DNA from: Myxococcota bacterium
GTDB lineage: Bacteria; Myxococcota_A; Polyangia; Nannocystales; Nannocystaceae
Assembly (NCBI GenBank): GCA_039028615.1
Contig: JBCCHT010000002.1
Location: forward strand, 128,001-192,000
Direction of reading: 5' to 3'
DNA: 64,000 nucleotides
In this document: positions 1 through 10,353 of the stretch, piece by piece
How the letters are laid out: each line of letters starts with the position of its first letter
Position numbering within the stretch: position 1 is the first letter of the stretch
Notes under the pieces: model-generated
What the model saw: the letters and a program-made list of their open reading frames with translations, nothing else
The model's database searches: none
What the model was told of the DNA's origin: nothing
Translations under genes and position numbers: made by a program

Positions 1-2
1 CC

Positions 3-1070
3 ATGGAGATCACGCTGCCGAGCATCGGCACCGGGGTCGCGCTCAAGGACATGGTGGTGTTCACCCGCACCTTCTCCACCATGATCGACGCGGGCCTTCC
101 CATCGTGTCGGGCTTGGACATGCTGTCGACCCAGGCGGAAAACCCCCGCTTCGGTCGCGTGCTGGCCAGCATCAAGGCCGAGGTCGAGACGGGCAAGTCG
201 CTGTCCGAGGCCATGGGTAGTCACCCCCGCATCTTCGACGACCTGTTCCGCAACCTGGTCGCCGCGGGTGAGGCGGGCGGTATCCTCGACGTCATCTTCC
301 GTCGCTTGGCCACCTACCTCGAAAAGGCGGCCAAGCTGCGTCGCCAGGTGCGGGGCGCCCTGGTCTATCCGTCGGTCATCGCCGCGGTCGGTGTCTTGGT
401 CGTCTTCGTCATGATGACCAAGGTCCTGCCCGTGTTCGAGAAGATGTTCGTCGACCTCGGCGCGGGCTCCCTGCCCGCCCCCACCCGCATGGTGCTCGCG
501 ATCAGCCACGCGATCACCGACAACATCTTCATCTTCCTCATCAGCGTGACCGCGCTGAGCGTGGGCTTCGGTGCCATGCTGCGCAGCCCCCGGGGGCGCT
601 ACATCTTCGACGCGGTCATCTTGCGGGCGCCCGTCATCGGGCCCGTCATGCGCAAGATCGCGGTGGCTCGCTTCACCCGAACCCTGGGCACCTTGCTCAG
701 CTCCGGTGTGCCCATCCTCGACGCGCTGGACATCGTGGCCAAGTCATCCGGCAACCTGGTGGTCGGCCGCGGCATCACCCACGCGCGGGGCAAGATCGCC
801 GAGGGTACGGACATCGCCTCGCCTCTGCTCGAGACGGGCGTGTTCCCGCCCATGGTCGTGCAGATGATCGGCGTCGGTGAGCAGACCGGTGCGATGGACG
901 ACATGCTCCAGAAAATCGCCGACTTCTACGAAGACGAAGTCGACGCGGGGGTCGCCGCCATGACCGCCCTGCTCGAGCCGATCATGCTGGTCGTGCTCGG
1001 TGGTGTGGTCGGTGGCCTGCTGATCGCGATGTACCTGCCGATCTTCGAGGTCGCCGGCAACATTCAGTAG
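3..1070 (+). CDS. pilC: Type IV pilus inner-membrane platform protein PilC (T2SS F family); probably 5'-truncated by the window edge
   Basis: Two GspF repeats: FTRTFSTMIDAGLPI...AGEAGGILD...RLA and RFTRTLGTLLSSGVPIL...VGEQTGAMDDML.KIADFYEDEVD; ends AMYLPIF. Confidence 0.93.
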   Translation: MEITLPSIGTGVALKDMVVFTRTFSTMIDAGLPIVSGLDMLSTQAENPRFGRVLASIKAEVETGKSLSEAMGSHPRIFDDLFRNLVAAGEAGGILDVIFRRLATYLEKAAKLRRQVRGALVYPSVIAAVGVLVVFVMMTKVLPVFEKMFVDLGAGSLPAPTRMVLAISHAITDNIFIFLISVTALSVGFGAMLRSPRGRYIFDAVILRAPVIGPVMRKIAVARFTRTLGTLLSSGVPILDALDIVAKSSGNLVVGRGITHARGKIAEGTDIASPLLETGVFPPMVVQMIGVGEQTGAMDDMLQKIADFYEDEVDAGVAAMTALLEPIMLVVLGGVVGGLLIAMYLPIFEVAGNIQ

Positions 1071-1072
1071 CC

Positions 1073-2779
1073 GTGGCTTCTCCCCCCGACGGACAGGTCC
1101 CCCACGCCTCTCAGTCGCTGGCCGACGCGGCGCGGCCTCCCACCGGGCGCGCCCGCTCGACCCGGCTCGACCCGCGTCGCCGACGGATCGGCTACTTCAT
1201 GCTGGTCCGGCTGGTGGTGCTGTCGCTGTTCACCGTGGTCGCCGCCCTGCTCGCCTGGCAGACCAACCGCGAGTTCAGCTCCTTCTATCACGCGTTCGTG
1301 TGGGGCACGCTCGTCGTCGGCTACGCGCTGACCATCCTCTTCGCGCGCCTGTTGCCCCGGGTTCGAGACCTCGACGCCTTCGCCTGGGTCCAGACCTCCA
1401 CCGACATCGTCATCGCGGCCATCGTGGTTCAGGTCAGCGGCGGCACCGACTCGGGCTTCGTCTCGCTGTACCTCATCGCGGTGCTGGGTGCGGCCACCAT
1501 GGGCGGTGGTCGGCAGACCTGGGCCGCCGCGGGGGCCTGCTCGCTCATCTACGGCACGACCAGCTCACTCGAGGTGCTCGGCGTGCTCGAGCCGAGCTCG
1601 CTGGGGCAGCCCGTGCCTCCCCTGCCCCCTGGCGAGGCGGTGGCCGTCGTCACCCGCACCCTCGTCGGCCTGCTGGGCGTCACCATCCTGTCCTCGTTCC
1701 TCAACCGCCAGCTCCAGTCCTCCACCATCCAGGTCGGCGACCTGCGGGCGATGAACGAGAACATCCTGCGCTCGCTGACCTCGGGGCTCATCGGCGTCGA
1801 CAACCGCGCCCGCGTCATCTACTTCAACCCCGCCGCTGCGTCGATCCTGGGGCTGGACGACGACGCCATCGGGGTTCGTGCCTCGCGGCTGCTGCCCGGC
1901 GTCGACGACCTGCTCCACCCGCTGTCGTCCGCCTCGGTGGACGCCAGGCGCTCGCCCGAGCCGCAGGAGCTGCGGGTCCGCAACGCTCGGGGCGACCGCC
2001 TGCATGTGCGGCTTTCGTGCTCACGGCTGCGCGACGGCCAGGCGCGGCGCCTGGGCCAGCTCATCGAGTTCCAAGACGTCACCCGCGTGCACGAGCTGGC
2101 CGAGAAGGTCCGCCGCGGCGAACGCCTCGCCGCCGTCGGTGGCCTCGCCGCCTCCGTCGCTCACGAGATCCGCAACCCCCTGGCCGCCATCAGCGGCAGC
2201 GCCGAGCTGCTCGACACCGCCAGCCTCCAGGACGAGGACGAGCGCCTGCTGTCGATCATCCGCCGCGAGTCGACCCGCCTGAGCGAGCTCATCACCGACA
2301 TGCTGGCGTTCACCCGACCTCGCGTGCCGCAGCCGGTCGCGGTGTCGCTGGCCCGGGTCACCACGCAGGCGGTCGAGCACTTCCGGGCCGACCCCAGCAA
2401 CACCGATGTCGAGACCACCCTGCACGTGGCCGAGATCCCGGACGTCGAGCTCGACCCCAACCAGCTCAGCCAGGTGCTGTGGAACCTGCTGCGCAACGCC
2501 GCCGAGGCCATGGACGGCAGCGGTCGCATCCAAGTTCGCGTGCAGCGGCGCGCCGACTCGAACGAAGCCGAGCTGGTGATCGCCGACGAAGGACCGGGCA
2601 TCGAGCCCGAACGCATCGAGCGGATCTTCGATCCCTTCTTCACCACCAAGGAGCGCGGGACCGGCTTCGGCCTCGCCACCGTGCACCGCATCGTGCAAGA
2701 CAACGGCGGGAGCATCGAGCTGACCTCGGAGCTGGGCAAGGGCACGACGTTCCGGCTGCGTTTCGACCTCGGCACGTAG
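1073..2779 (+). CDS. pilS: PilS-type membrane sensor histidine kinase (multi-TM, PAS, HisKA, HATPase)
   Basis: N-terminal TM helices, AHEIRNPL H-box, NLLRNA N-box, DEGPGI, FDPFFTTK, GTGFGL; begins 2 nt after pilC, as in myxobacterial pil loci. Confidence 0.85.
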   Translation: MASPPDGQVPHASQSLADAARPPTGRARSTRLDPRRRRIGYFMLVRLVVLSLFTVVAALLAWQTNREFSSFYHAFVWGTLVVGYALTILFARLLPRVRDLDAFAWVQTSTDIVIAAIVVQVSGGTDSGFVSLYLIAVLGAATMGGGRQTWAAAGACSLIYGTTSSLEVLGVLEPSSLGQPVPPLPPGEAVAVVTRTLVGLLGVTILSSFLNRQLQSSTIQVGDLRAMNENILRSLTSGLIGVDNRARVIYFNPAAASILGLDDDAIGVRASRLLPGVDDLLHPLSSASVDARRSPEPQELRVRNARGDRLHVRLSCSRLRDGQARRLGQLIEFQDVTRVHELAEKVRRGERLAAVGGLAASVAHEIRNPLAAISGSAELLDTASLQDEDERLLSIIRRESTRLSELITDMLAFTRPRVPQPVAVSLARVTTQAVEHFRADPSNTDVETTLHVAEIPDVELDPNQLSQVLWNLLRNAAEAMDGSGRIQVRVQRRADSNEAELVIADEGPGIEPERIERIFDPFFTTKERGTGFGLATVHRIVQDNGGSIELTSELGKGTTFRLRFDLGT

Positions 2780-2928
2780 CGCGACCGTCGGCCCTCGATC
2801 GCGCGGCTCGTTCGGTCAAAGCCCTACATTTCGTCGAGGTTTCGAAATCGACCGACAGCACCGGCCTCGCAGCCGCGCTCGGTTTCTCTTTACACGCCGC
2901 GCCCCTTCCTTCAGCCTGAAAACCGAAA

Positions 2929-5757
2929 GTGTCAGGCAGCCTCACCGGAGACACGACGCAGGGGACGCTGGTCGACGACCAGCTCGATCCCGACCGCGAA
3001 GAGGGCCGCGCCGAAGGACCCAAGGTCATCGGTCGCTACCAGGTCCTCAGCACGCTGGGCACGGGAGGCATGGGCACCGTGTTCGCGGCGCACGACCCCG
3101 AGCTCGATCGACGCGTGGCCCTCAAGCTGCTGCACGCCAGCGAGACCTCGGGCGGCCGCGCCGACCGGGCCCGCTCGCGACTGCAACGCGAAGCCCGGGC
3201 CATCGCCCAGGTCAAACACGAAAACGTCATCCAGGTCTACGACGTGGGGCTGGTCGATCTGCGGGGCCGCGGCCGCGACCAGGTATTCGTCGCCATGGAG
3301 CTGGTCGAGGGACACAGCTTTCGTCAGTGGCTGCATCGCCTACACGCCACCCCCGAGTGGAGCCGGGGGCAGGCCACCGAGTCCATCGTGGAGGTCATGG
3401 CCCAGGCCGCCCGGGGCCTGGCCGCCGCGCATGATTCCGGGCTCGTCCACCGCGACTTCAAGCCCGACAACGCGCTGCTCGGCAACGACGGAGTGGTCCG
3501 CGTGGTCGACTTCGGCCTGGCCCGCCGCGCCGACCAAGGCGACTCGAGCACCGGGCCCGTCCTCGCCGAACCCAGCGTCGAATCCGAGACCAGCCACAGC
3601 GGCTCGCTCGACGAGCGCATCACCAAGACGGGCGCCATGCTGGGCACGCCCGCCTATATGGCCCCGGAGCAGTTTCGCCGGCAGCCCATGGATGGCCGCA
3701 CCGACCAGTTCGCGTTCTGCTTGGTCCTGCACGAGGCGCTCTACGGCACGCGGGCCTTCCCCATGGGCGCGGCGGCTCGAGCCGCGGCCGTGGTGGCGGG
3801 AGACCGCTGCGAGCTGCCCGACGAACCGCCCGTGCCCGCCTATCTACGGGCGGTGATCGATCGCGGCCTGCAGGTCGACCCCGAGGCTCGATTCCCCTCG
3901 ATGAACGCGCTCGTCGAGGCCATGCTCGACAACCCGATCGTCCGCCGACGCAAGCGCATTCGCTGGAGCCTGGGCGGCGTGCTCGCGCTGGGAGCCGCCG
4001 GGGCGCTCGTCTCCGCCCGTCCCGAGGCCGCCGCTCCCCAGGACGCCTGCGGCCACGGGCGCGACCGCATGGAGACGGTGTGGAACGCCGAGCGTCGCCA
4101 TGCCGTCGAGGCGGCGCTACAGGTGGAGAGCCTGCCCTACTCGACCCACGTCGCAAGAGCGACCAACGTGGTCCTCGATCGCTACGCCGAGCGCTGGGAA
4201 GCGGCCCACCGCGAGGCCTGCGAGGCGACCCACGTGCACCACGAACAGACCGGGGCCCTGCTCGACCGCCGCAATGCCTGCCTCGAGCGTCGCCTCTCCG
4301 CCCTCGGGGCGTCCATCGATCTGCTGACCACCGTGCAGCCCGACCAGGTCGAGCACGCGCTCACCGTGGCCAACGGCTTGCCCGCGATCGATGCCTGCAC
4401 CAGCCGTAGCGCCCTCGAGTTCAGCGGGCCCCCGGCTCCCGACGAGAGCACGGCCGACGCGGTGGCCGAGGTCGAGGCCCAGATGGAGCGCGCCTCCGCC
4501 CGCCAGCTGCTCCACCGCGAAGACGAAGCGCTGCAGATGCTCGAGGCCCTCGCCCCCCGCGTCAAAGCCATCGGCCACGCGCCGCTGCAGGCCGACTACC
4601 TCTACGAGCAGGGCATCGCGCTGGCCGAGACGGGCAAGTTCGAGCAAGGCGTCGAGGTCCTGCGTAGCGCCATGCTCGAGGCCCAGACGCTGAGCATGGA
4701 CCCGCTGTTTCGGGACGCGACCTCGAAGATGGCGATGTACATCGGGCACGACCTCGCCAAGCCGGAGCAAGCCCTGCCCTGGGCCGACCTGGCCGAGGCC
4801 ACCGACGAGCGCATCGGCTCCACCGACGCGACCAAGGCCCGGCTGCTGAGCAACCGCACCTGGCTGCTCGCCGCGTGGGACATGAAGCCCGAGGCCACTG
4901 AAGTGGCCGAACAGGCCCTCGCCGCCGCCGAGCGAGCCCACGACGAGGATGCGTACGAGCTGATCAACGTGCACGCCAACCTCGCGTCGGCGTTCGGGCG
5001 GTTGCGGGCGGTCGACCGCGCCAAGCCGCATTTCGAACGGGCGCTGGAGCTGACCAAGCAGCACTTCGGCCCCGACCACCCCAAGCTCATCGGTCACTAC
5101 ATCAACCTGGGCAACGTGCTCACCGCCATGGGTGAGCTGGAGGCGGGCGCTCGCCACCTGCACAACGCCGCGCGGCTCACCCGGAACCTACCCAAGGTCA
5201 ACCCGCGCGAGCGGGCCCTGGTCGCCTCGGCGCTGGGCAACCATGCGCTACGAAGCCGCGACTTCGAGGCGGCGCTCGAGCACCATCGGCTCGCCCTGCG
5301 GCTACGCGAGGAGCTCTACGGTCCCGAGCACCCCATGGTGGCCCGCACGCTCAACAGCCTGGCCGGGGCCGCGCGCCGCCTCGAACGCAACGACGAAGCG
5401 ATCGGCTACTACGAGCGTTCGCTGGCCATCCGCGAGAAAGCGATGGGCCCCGAGCACCCCGATCTGTTGCTCGTGCTCGATAACCTCGGCGTGTTCATGC
5501 TCGAGCTGGGACGCTCTGCCGATGCCCTGCCGTACCTTCACCGATCCCATGCCCTGGTGCTCGAGCACGGCGATATTCCTCCTCGCGAAGCCGAGCACTG
5601 GTTCTGGTACGGCCGCGCTCTCGTCGAGTCGGGGCGCGACGCCGAGACGGGCATGGACGCGGTGCGAGAGGCCTTGAGCCGCTACGAGAAGCTCGACCTG
5701 CCCAACAAGGCCAAGCAGGCCAACGAGTGGCTGGCCGAGCGTGGGCTCGAGCTGTGA
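2929..5757 (+). CDS. Ser/Thr protein kinase - TM - TPR receptor
   Basis: LGTGGMG, VALK, HRDFKPDN, DFG, GTPAYMAPE; RRRKR followed by a TM helix; Cys-containing linker; GP(D/E)HP-type TPRs. Confidence 0.92.
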   Translation: MSGSLTGDTTQGTLVDDQLDPDREEGRAEGPKVIGRYQVLSTLGTGGMGTVFAAHDPELDRRVALKLLHASETSGGRADRARSRLQREARAIAQVKHENVIQVYDVGLVDLRGRGRDQVFVAMELVEGHSFRQWLHRLHATPEWSRGQATESIVEVMAQAARGLAAAHDSGLVHRDFKPDNALLGNDGVVRVVDFGLARRADQGDSSTGPVLAEPSVESETSHSGSLDERITKTGAMLGTPAYMAPEQFRRQPMDGRTDQFAFCLVLHEALYGTRAFPMGAAARAAAVVAGDRCELPDEPPVPAYLRAVIDRGLQVDPEARFPSMNALVEAMLDNPIVRRRKRIRWSLGGVLALGAAGALVSARPEAAAPQDACGHGRDRMETVWNAERRHAVEAALQVESLPYSTHVARATNVVLDRYAERWEAAHREACEATHVHHEQTGALLDRRNACLERRLSALGASIDLLTTVQPDQVEHALTVANGLPAIDACTSRSALEFSGPPAPDESTADAVAEVEAQMERASARQLLHREDEALQMLEALAPRVKAIGHAPLQADYLYEQGIALAETGKFEQGVEVLRSAMLEAQTLSMDPLFRDATSKMAMYIGHDLAKPEQALPWADLAEATDERIGSTDATKARLLSNRTWLLAAWDMKPEATEVAEQALAAAERAHDEDAYELINVHANLASAFGRLRAVDRAKPHFERALELTKQHFGPDHPKLIGHYINLGNVLTAMGELEAGARHLHNAARLTRNLPKVNPRERALVASALGNHALRSRDFEAALEHHRLALRLREELYGPEHPMVARTLNSLAGAARRLERNDEAIGYYERSLAIREKAMGPEHPDLLLVLDNLGVFMLELGRSADALPYLHRSHALVLEHGDIPPREAEHWFWYGRALVESGRDAETGMDAVREALSRYEKLDLPNKAKQANEWLAERGLEL

Positions 5758-5763
5758 AGCGCG

Positions 5764-6315
5764 TCAACGCGGATCGGATGTGCTGCGGGCCGGTCCCACC
5801 AGCGTGAAACCATCGCGCTCGGTCATGCCGCGCGGGGCCATCGTGCGAGGCACCGAGACCTTCGCCTCGAGCTTCGCCGTGCCGAACACGAAATCCCAGA
5901 GCGGCGAGGTGAAGCCGTAGTTGACGCTCGGATCGACGAAGTGGTGCACGTAGTGATAGCGGGCCATGAAGCGCGCCCAGGGGCCCCGCGGAGGTACGTG
6001 GTGCATGCGGTTGTGAAACCACTCCGAGTATAGATAGCCGGACAGCAGCCCCGCGCTGAGCCAGCTTCCCGCCCAGGCTCCCAGCAGGGCCAAGGCCGGC
6101 ACGGCCAAGACCACGAGCACGCCGAGCACCAACGGCGCCCGATAGCGCAGCTTGTCGACATAGGTCGCGCCGCCGTCGAGCGGATCGGCGTGGTGGTCAC
6201 GGTGGCTGCTCAGCACCCGCGGACCCATCTTGCGCAGGTGCCCCCCGTGCCGATGATGCACATACTCGATGAAGGTGAAGCCCAGGACACCCAACGCCCA
6301 CCAGCCAGCGATCAT
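5764..6315 (-). CDS. Sterol desaturase / fatty acid hydroxylase family membrane protein
   Basis: His boxes HHRHGGH, HRDHH, HNRMHH, HYVHH; NYGFTSPLWDFVFGT. Confidence 0.88.
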   Translation of the reverse strand: MIAGWWALGVLGFTFIEYVHHRHGGHLRKMGPRVLSSHRDHHADPLDGGATYVDKLRYRAPLVLGVLVVLAVPALALLGAWAGSWLSAGLLSGYLYSEWFHNRMHHVPPRGPWARFMARYHYVHHFVDPSVNYGFTSPLWDFVFGTAKLEAKVSVPRTMAPRGMTERDGFTLVGPARSTSDPR

Positions 6316-6535
6316 GCTCGAGGCCTAGCAGGTCGATGCGCGCGTCGGACGAGCGCGCAACGAAAGCTGGACCCGGGGACGCAGAGCACCGTTTCGCGAT
6401 CCGAGGCCATGGCGTGTCGCAGCACGCGCTACGCAAGACGACGGCTACGAGCCCGGTGCGCCCAGGGTCTCGATCGGCAGCCTTCGCCGTGCCCGCAGAC
6501 TCGGCACGGCACAAAGCGCAGCGCGACGCCCCAGC

Positions 6536-8383
6536 CTAGAAGGTGATGACGGGACCGACGTTGATGTCGATGAGCAGCGTGCCGATGCTGGGGAACCAGC
6601 CGCCGACGTCGACCTCGCCGTAGATCGCGAAGTTCTTGTGCAGCTGATAGTGAGCGCCCAGCAACACGCCCGCGAACCCGGGGCCGATGACCACGGTGTC
6701 GACCCGGCTCTCGTTGGCGGGTGCGCTCGCCTGCACCGTCTGGGCGAGCGTGCGCTCGAACATCCCCGTCTCGGTGTTGGCGCAGCCGTTGTTGTACGGC
6801 CATACCGGCGTGCACTGATCGACCGGCACTTCGTTGTTCTCGTCGGCCAGCCCGGAAAGCGCGGTCTCGGCCCGGTCGGGCACGCTGTTGCCGTTGCGGT
6901 CGTTGGAAAAGCCCATGTCGACGCGCAGACGAGTCTGACCGTAGCCACCGAAGGCGCCGATCATGCTCTGGAACTTGCCGCCCCGCTTGCCGATCATCGC
7001 CTTGAACTTGGCGCCCGCGGCCCAGGTGAACCCGTGCTTGCGCTGGAAGCCGGGCGGGTTCGACGACAGGACCTCCTGGCCAAACGAGACCTCGGGGGCC
7101 AGCGTGGGATTTTCGGTGAAGACCCTGGAGCCGGTCACCACCTGCAAGCGAGCGAAGGCGCCGAGCACCAGGGCGACCGTTCGGTTGTTGCCGATGTCGC
7201 GGTCGAGCACCCGCACGCCGACCTCGGGTGCGATGTGGAAGGGGGCGCTCGCGAAGCCGGTGGTCACCGGGTGTCGCTGGCCGCACTGGTCCGGGTTGTA
7301 GGCGAAGATCAGCGCATCGGCGTCACCGCCCGGCAGCACGGCGGGGTTGAGCGCGGCGACGTGCTGCGCAAACTCGGCCTGGGTGCTCGCCAGCGGCAGC
7401 TGCCCCGCGTACCAGCGCTCGATGGCGCAGGCTTGCTCCGCCGCGCCGTAGGGCGAACCGAAGGGGCCGGGCGTGAACTGCTGATAGGTCTGCTCGGCCG
7501 CCCCACGAGCGATGCCGAAGCCGGTGCCGACCCCGAGGTTGATGAACGCGCGCGGCCACGGGTGTGAGCTGCCCTTGGACTCGCCTTTGTCCTCGTCCTC
7601 GTCCTTGTTCTTCTTGCCCGCGGCCGGGTCCGCCCCCTCGCCGCTGCCTCCCGCCGGGGCGGCGAGCAGCAAGGGGTTGTCCTTGTCGCCGAGGTTCGCC
7701 AGCGTCTGCTGGTTGCCGTCGTAGACGTAGAAGAAGTACTCGATGCCCGCGTCGCCATGGTCGGCGGCAGGAATGGCCACCGTACCGAGGTTGCCGAACA
7801 AGTCGAGGTAGACCGCGGTGTGCTGGGCCTCCGAGCCGACCTGCCGCCAGTACAGGACCATCGTGATCCCCTCGTCGAGCGGCACCGACGACAACGCATC
7901 GATGACGAGGTCTTCGCCCGCCGCGCTCGTCGGCGCAGTGTGGGCGATGGGCCCGCTGCTCGGCTGCGGCACCTTGGCCCGCGCCTCGTCGAGCAACGCC
8001 TGCAGCTCGTCGTAACGAAGCTCGATGGGCAGCGCGATGTTGTAGTCGACCGCCACCGCTTGCCCGAAGGCGGCCAGCGTGCGCTCGCGGTCTTGGGTAT
8101 TGGAGTAGATGATGCCGCCGCGCAGCACGTGCAGGGGTGCGAGCGCGGGGTCGTTGCCCATGCCCAGGCCCTGTGCCCGAGCGACCGCTCCCTCGAGCGT
8201 CGCCACGGCCGTGTCGAGCTCGAGGTTGTTGTACTGCGCCTTGGCCTGCTCCAGCGCCGCGCGCATGTCCTCGCGCGGACCGGCATGCGCGACCCCGTGC
8301 GCCGTCAGGATCCCCAGCGCGAGTGCGAGGGCGGCGGCCCAGCTCCCGTGGCGGAGGCCACGCCTACGTCGGACACGTTGCAT
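6536..8383 (-). CDS. Exported hypothetical protein (helical N-terminus, beta-rich middle, possible beta-barrel C-terminus)
   Basis: Signal-peptide-like RRRRGLRHGSWAAALALALGILTAHGVAHA from ATG 8383; alternating beta-strand pattern ending in VITF; GC3-rich codons. Confidence 0.7.
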   Translation of the reverse strand: MQRVRRRRGLRHGSWAAALALALGILTAHGVAHAGPREDMRAALEQAKAQYNNLELDTAVATLEGAVARAQGLGMGNDPALAPLHVLRGGIIYSNTQDRERTLAAFGQAVAVDYNIALPIELRYDELQALLDEARAKVPQPSSGPIAHTAPTSAAGEDLVIDALSSVPLDEGITMVLYWRQVGSEAQHTAVYLDLFGNLGTVAIPAADHGDAGIEYFFYVYDGNQQTLANLGDKDNPLLLAAPAGGSGEGADPAAGKKNKDEDEDKGESKGSSHPWPRAFINLGVGTGFGIARGAAEQTYQQFTPGPFGSPYGAAEQACAIERWYAGQLPLASTQAEFAQHVAALNPAVLPGGDADALIFAYNPDQCGQRHPVTTGFASAPFHIAPEVGVRVLDRDIGNNRTVALVLGAFARLQVVTGSRVFTENPTLAPEVSFGQEVLSSNPPGFQRKHGFTWAAGAKFKAMIGKRGGKFQSMIGAFGGYGQTRLRVDMGFSNDRNGNSVPDRAETALSGLADENNEVPVDQCTPVWPYNNGCANTETGMFERTLAQTVQASAPANESRVDTVVIGPGFAGVLLGAHYQLHKNFAIYGEVDVGGWFPSIGTLLIDINVGPVITF

Positions 8384-8409
8384 GTGTCCCCAGTGTAGCC
8401 GCTGCTCGC

Positions 8410-9609
8410 TCAAGGAGTCGTCTTGCAATCGGCGTTGTTGACGTTGAACTCCACGCGCCGGTTGTTGGCCCGGCCCGCCGCCGTGCGGTTGGAGTCAATC
8501 GGGCGCTCTTCACCCCAGCCGATGCCTTGGAGTCGCTCTGGAGCCACGCCGCGGCCGATCAGGTATTCCCGCACACTGTTCACGCGTCGGTTGGACAGAC
8601 GCTTGTTGGAGCGGTTGGAGCCCTTCGAGTCGGTATGCCCCTCGATGTTGAAGTGCAGCTCCTCGGGCACGGTCTTCATGACGGTGGCGACGTCGTTGAG
8701 CAGCTCGAAGCTGCGCGGCGCGATGTCCCACTTGCCGAACTTGAAGAAGACCTTGTCGCTGATCTTGACCGAGCAGCCGTCGAACTCGGCCTTGAGGTCG
8801 GGGCAGCCGTCTTCGTCGTCGACCCCGTCGAAGTCCTCGGGCTTGTCCGGGCACTGGTCGGTGCTGGAGCACTGCTCGGCGTACTTGTCCGAGAGCCCGT
8901 CGGCTTGGACCCAGGGATCGCACAGCTTGTCGCCGTCGTTGTCCGGGTCGGGGCAGCCGTTGTCGTCGGTGTTGTTGTCGATGTCCTCGGGCTCGTTCGG
9001 ACATTCGTCCGGCTCGTCGAGGATGCCATCGTTGTCGTTGTCGGGATCGGGACAGCCGTCCTCGTCCTCGAATCCATCGACGTCCTCGGGCTCGTTACGA
9101 CAGTCGAGCTCGCCCTTCTTGTCGTTGTTGACCCACTGACCATCGACCCACTGGGCCGCGTCCAACACTCCGTCGCCGTCATTGTCGGCGTCGGGGCAGC
9201 CGTCATCGTCTTCGAAGCTGTCGAAGTCCTCGGCCTCTTCGGGGCAGGTATCCGCCTCGTCGTCGTAGCCGTCGCCGTCCTTGTCGCCGACCGTGGCCAC
9301 CGCCTTGTCGCGGCAGCGATCGGGGCTCGTCAGCTCGCGCGCCCGCTTCGTGTAGTACGCGGCGGTCTCGGCGTGCTGCTTGCCGCGGTAGTACTCGCCG
9401 ATGCCCAGGGCGTCTTGGGCGAACTTGATGTTCGCCTCCGCGATCGCGGTCTCCTTGGGCGCACAGTTGATCGACTTCGACCCATCGCGAATCGCGCGTT
9501 GGAGCAAGGTCTGCGTGCCTTCCACCTCACCGAGCAGCTTCTGCCCGATGCAGCCCGGAACCAAGGCCACGCCCAGGAGCAACACCACGGGGGAAATCCG
9601 ACGGCTCAC
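8410..9609 (-). CDS. OmpA-family lipoprotein with thrombospondin type-3 (DxDxDG) repeats
   Basis: Lipobox LVPGC; repeated PED.D.FED.DGCPD.DNDxDG; OmpA domain IEGHTD..GS...N..LS..R, GWGE..P, NRRVEF. Confidence 0.9.
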   Translation of the reverse strand: MSRRISPVVLLLGVALVPGCIGQKLLGEVEGTQTLLQRAIRDGSKSINCAPKETAIAEANIKFAQDALGIGEYYRGKQHAETAAYYTKRARELTSPDRCRDKAVATVGDKDGDGYDDEADTCPEEAEDFDSFEDDDGCPDADNDGDGVLDAAQWVDGQWVNNDKKGELDCRNEPEDVDGFEDEDGCPDPDNDNDGILDEPDECPNEPEDIDNNTDDNGCPDPDNDGDKLCDPWVQADGLSDKYAEQCSSTDQCPDKPEDFDGVDDEDGCPDLKAEFDGCSVKISDKVFFKFGKWDIAPRSFELLNDVATVMKTVPEELHFNIEGHTDSKGSNRSNKRLSNRRVNSVREYLIGRGVAPERLQGIGWGEERPIDSNRTAAGRANNRRVEFNVNNADCKTTP

Positions 9610-10064
9610 CGCCCACCTCCGATGCTGCCGCCCACTTTGACCTCGCCCTTGGCCTCACCGCCACCGGCCGAGCCGCTGGCTTTGGCGTCGCCCGAGGCGT
9701 CGGCAGCCGGGGCCGCGTCACCGCCGTCTTCGCCTTCGCCCATGGTCTCTTTCATCTTGCCCGCCTCGCGGCGCTCGGCCTTGAGCTTGGCCTCTTCGGC
9801 GAGCTGCTTGGCCCGCGTGCCGTAGTCGAACGAGCGCTCGTACTCGCTGTAGGCCATGAGGATCTTGGCCTGCTCGAGGTACGACACCGCGCCCCAGTAC
9901 TCGTAGGGGGCGTAGGTCTCGGCTTCGACCGCTTCGGCGTCGGCGACGGCTCGGCTGGCGTCCTTGGCAACCTTCTTGAGGTATCCAAAGGGGCCGCAAC
10001 CGACCCCTACGGCCAGCGTGGCGACCGACAAGAGCTGGAGGAGTCGACGAGAAGACGTGGGCAC
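9606..10064 (-). CDS. DUF4398-like lipoprotein
   Basis: Lipobox VGVGC; AETYAPYEY..A..YL..A helical motif; 4-nt overlap with the OmpA gene. Confidence 0.75.
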   Translation of the reverse strand: MPTSSRRLLQLLSVATLAVGVGCGPFGYLKKVAKDASRAVADAEAVEAETYAPYEYWGAVSYLEQAKILMAYSEYERSFDYGTRAKQLAEEAKLKAERREAGKMKETMGEGEDGGDAAPAADASGDAKASGSAGGGEAKGEVKVGGSIGGGR

Positions 10065-10353
10065 CGGGAGCTCCGTCGTTGGGTGAGGGGTCGAAATGCC
10101 AAGGTCCGGCTGAAGGGTTTCTAGGCGGGGCTTTTCCGCCTAGGAGCCGAGCATCCTTGGTGAATTTCGGCCGGGACGATACCAGGGGCGCGCCTTGCGG
10201 GTCAACAAGTTGGCCGACTCGCGCAAAACCGTCCCACAACCGCCGCTATCCTGCCCTTCAGCCGGCTTCGGCGCCGCTGTAGCCCCTCGTTCGCATGGCG
10301 TAGTCCCCGCACCGTGGAGCCCGAGGGCGAAAGCCAGCTACGCTGCCCCAGAG

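Noticed and set aside
8800..9290. Repeated GGGCAGCCGTC motifs
   Set aside because: Coding TSP3 repeats (DGCPD) of the OmpA protein.
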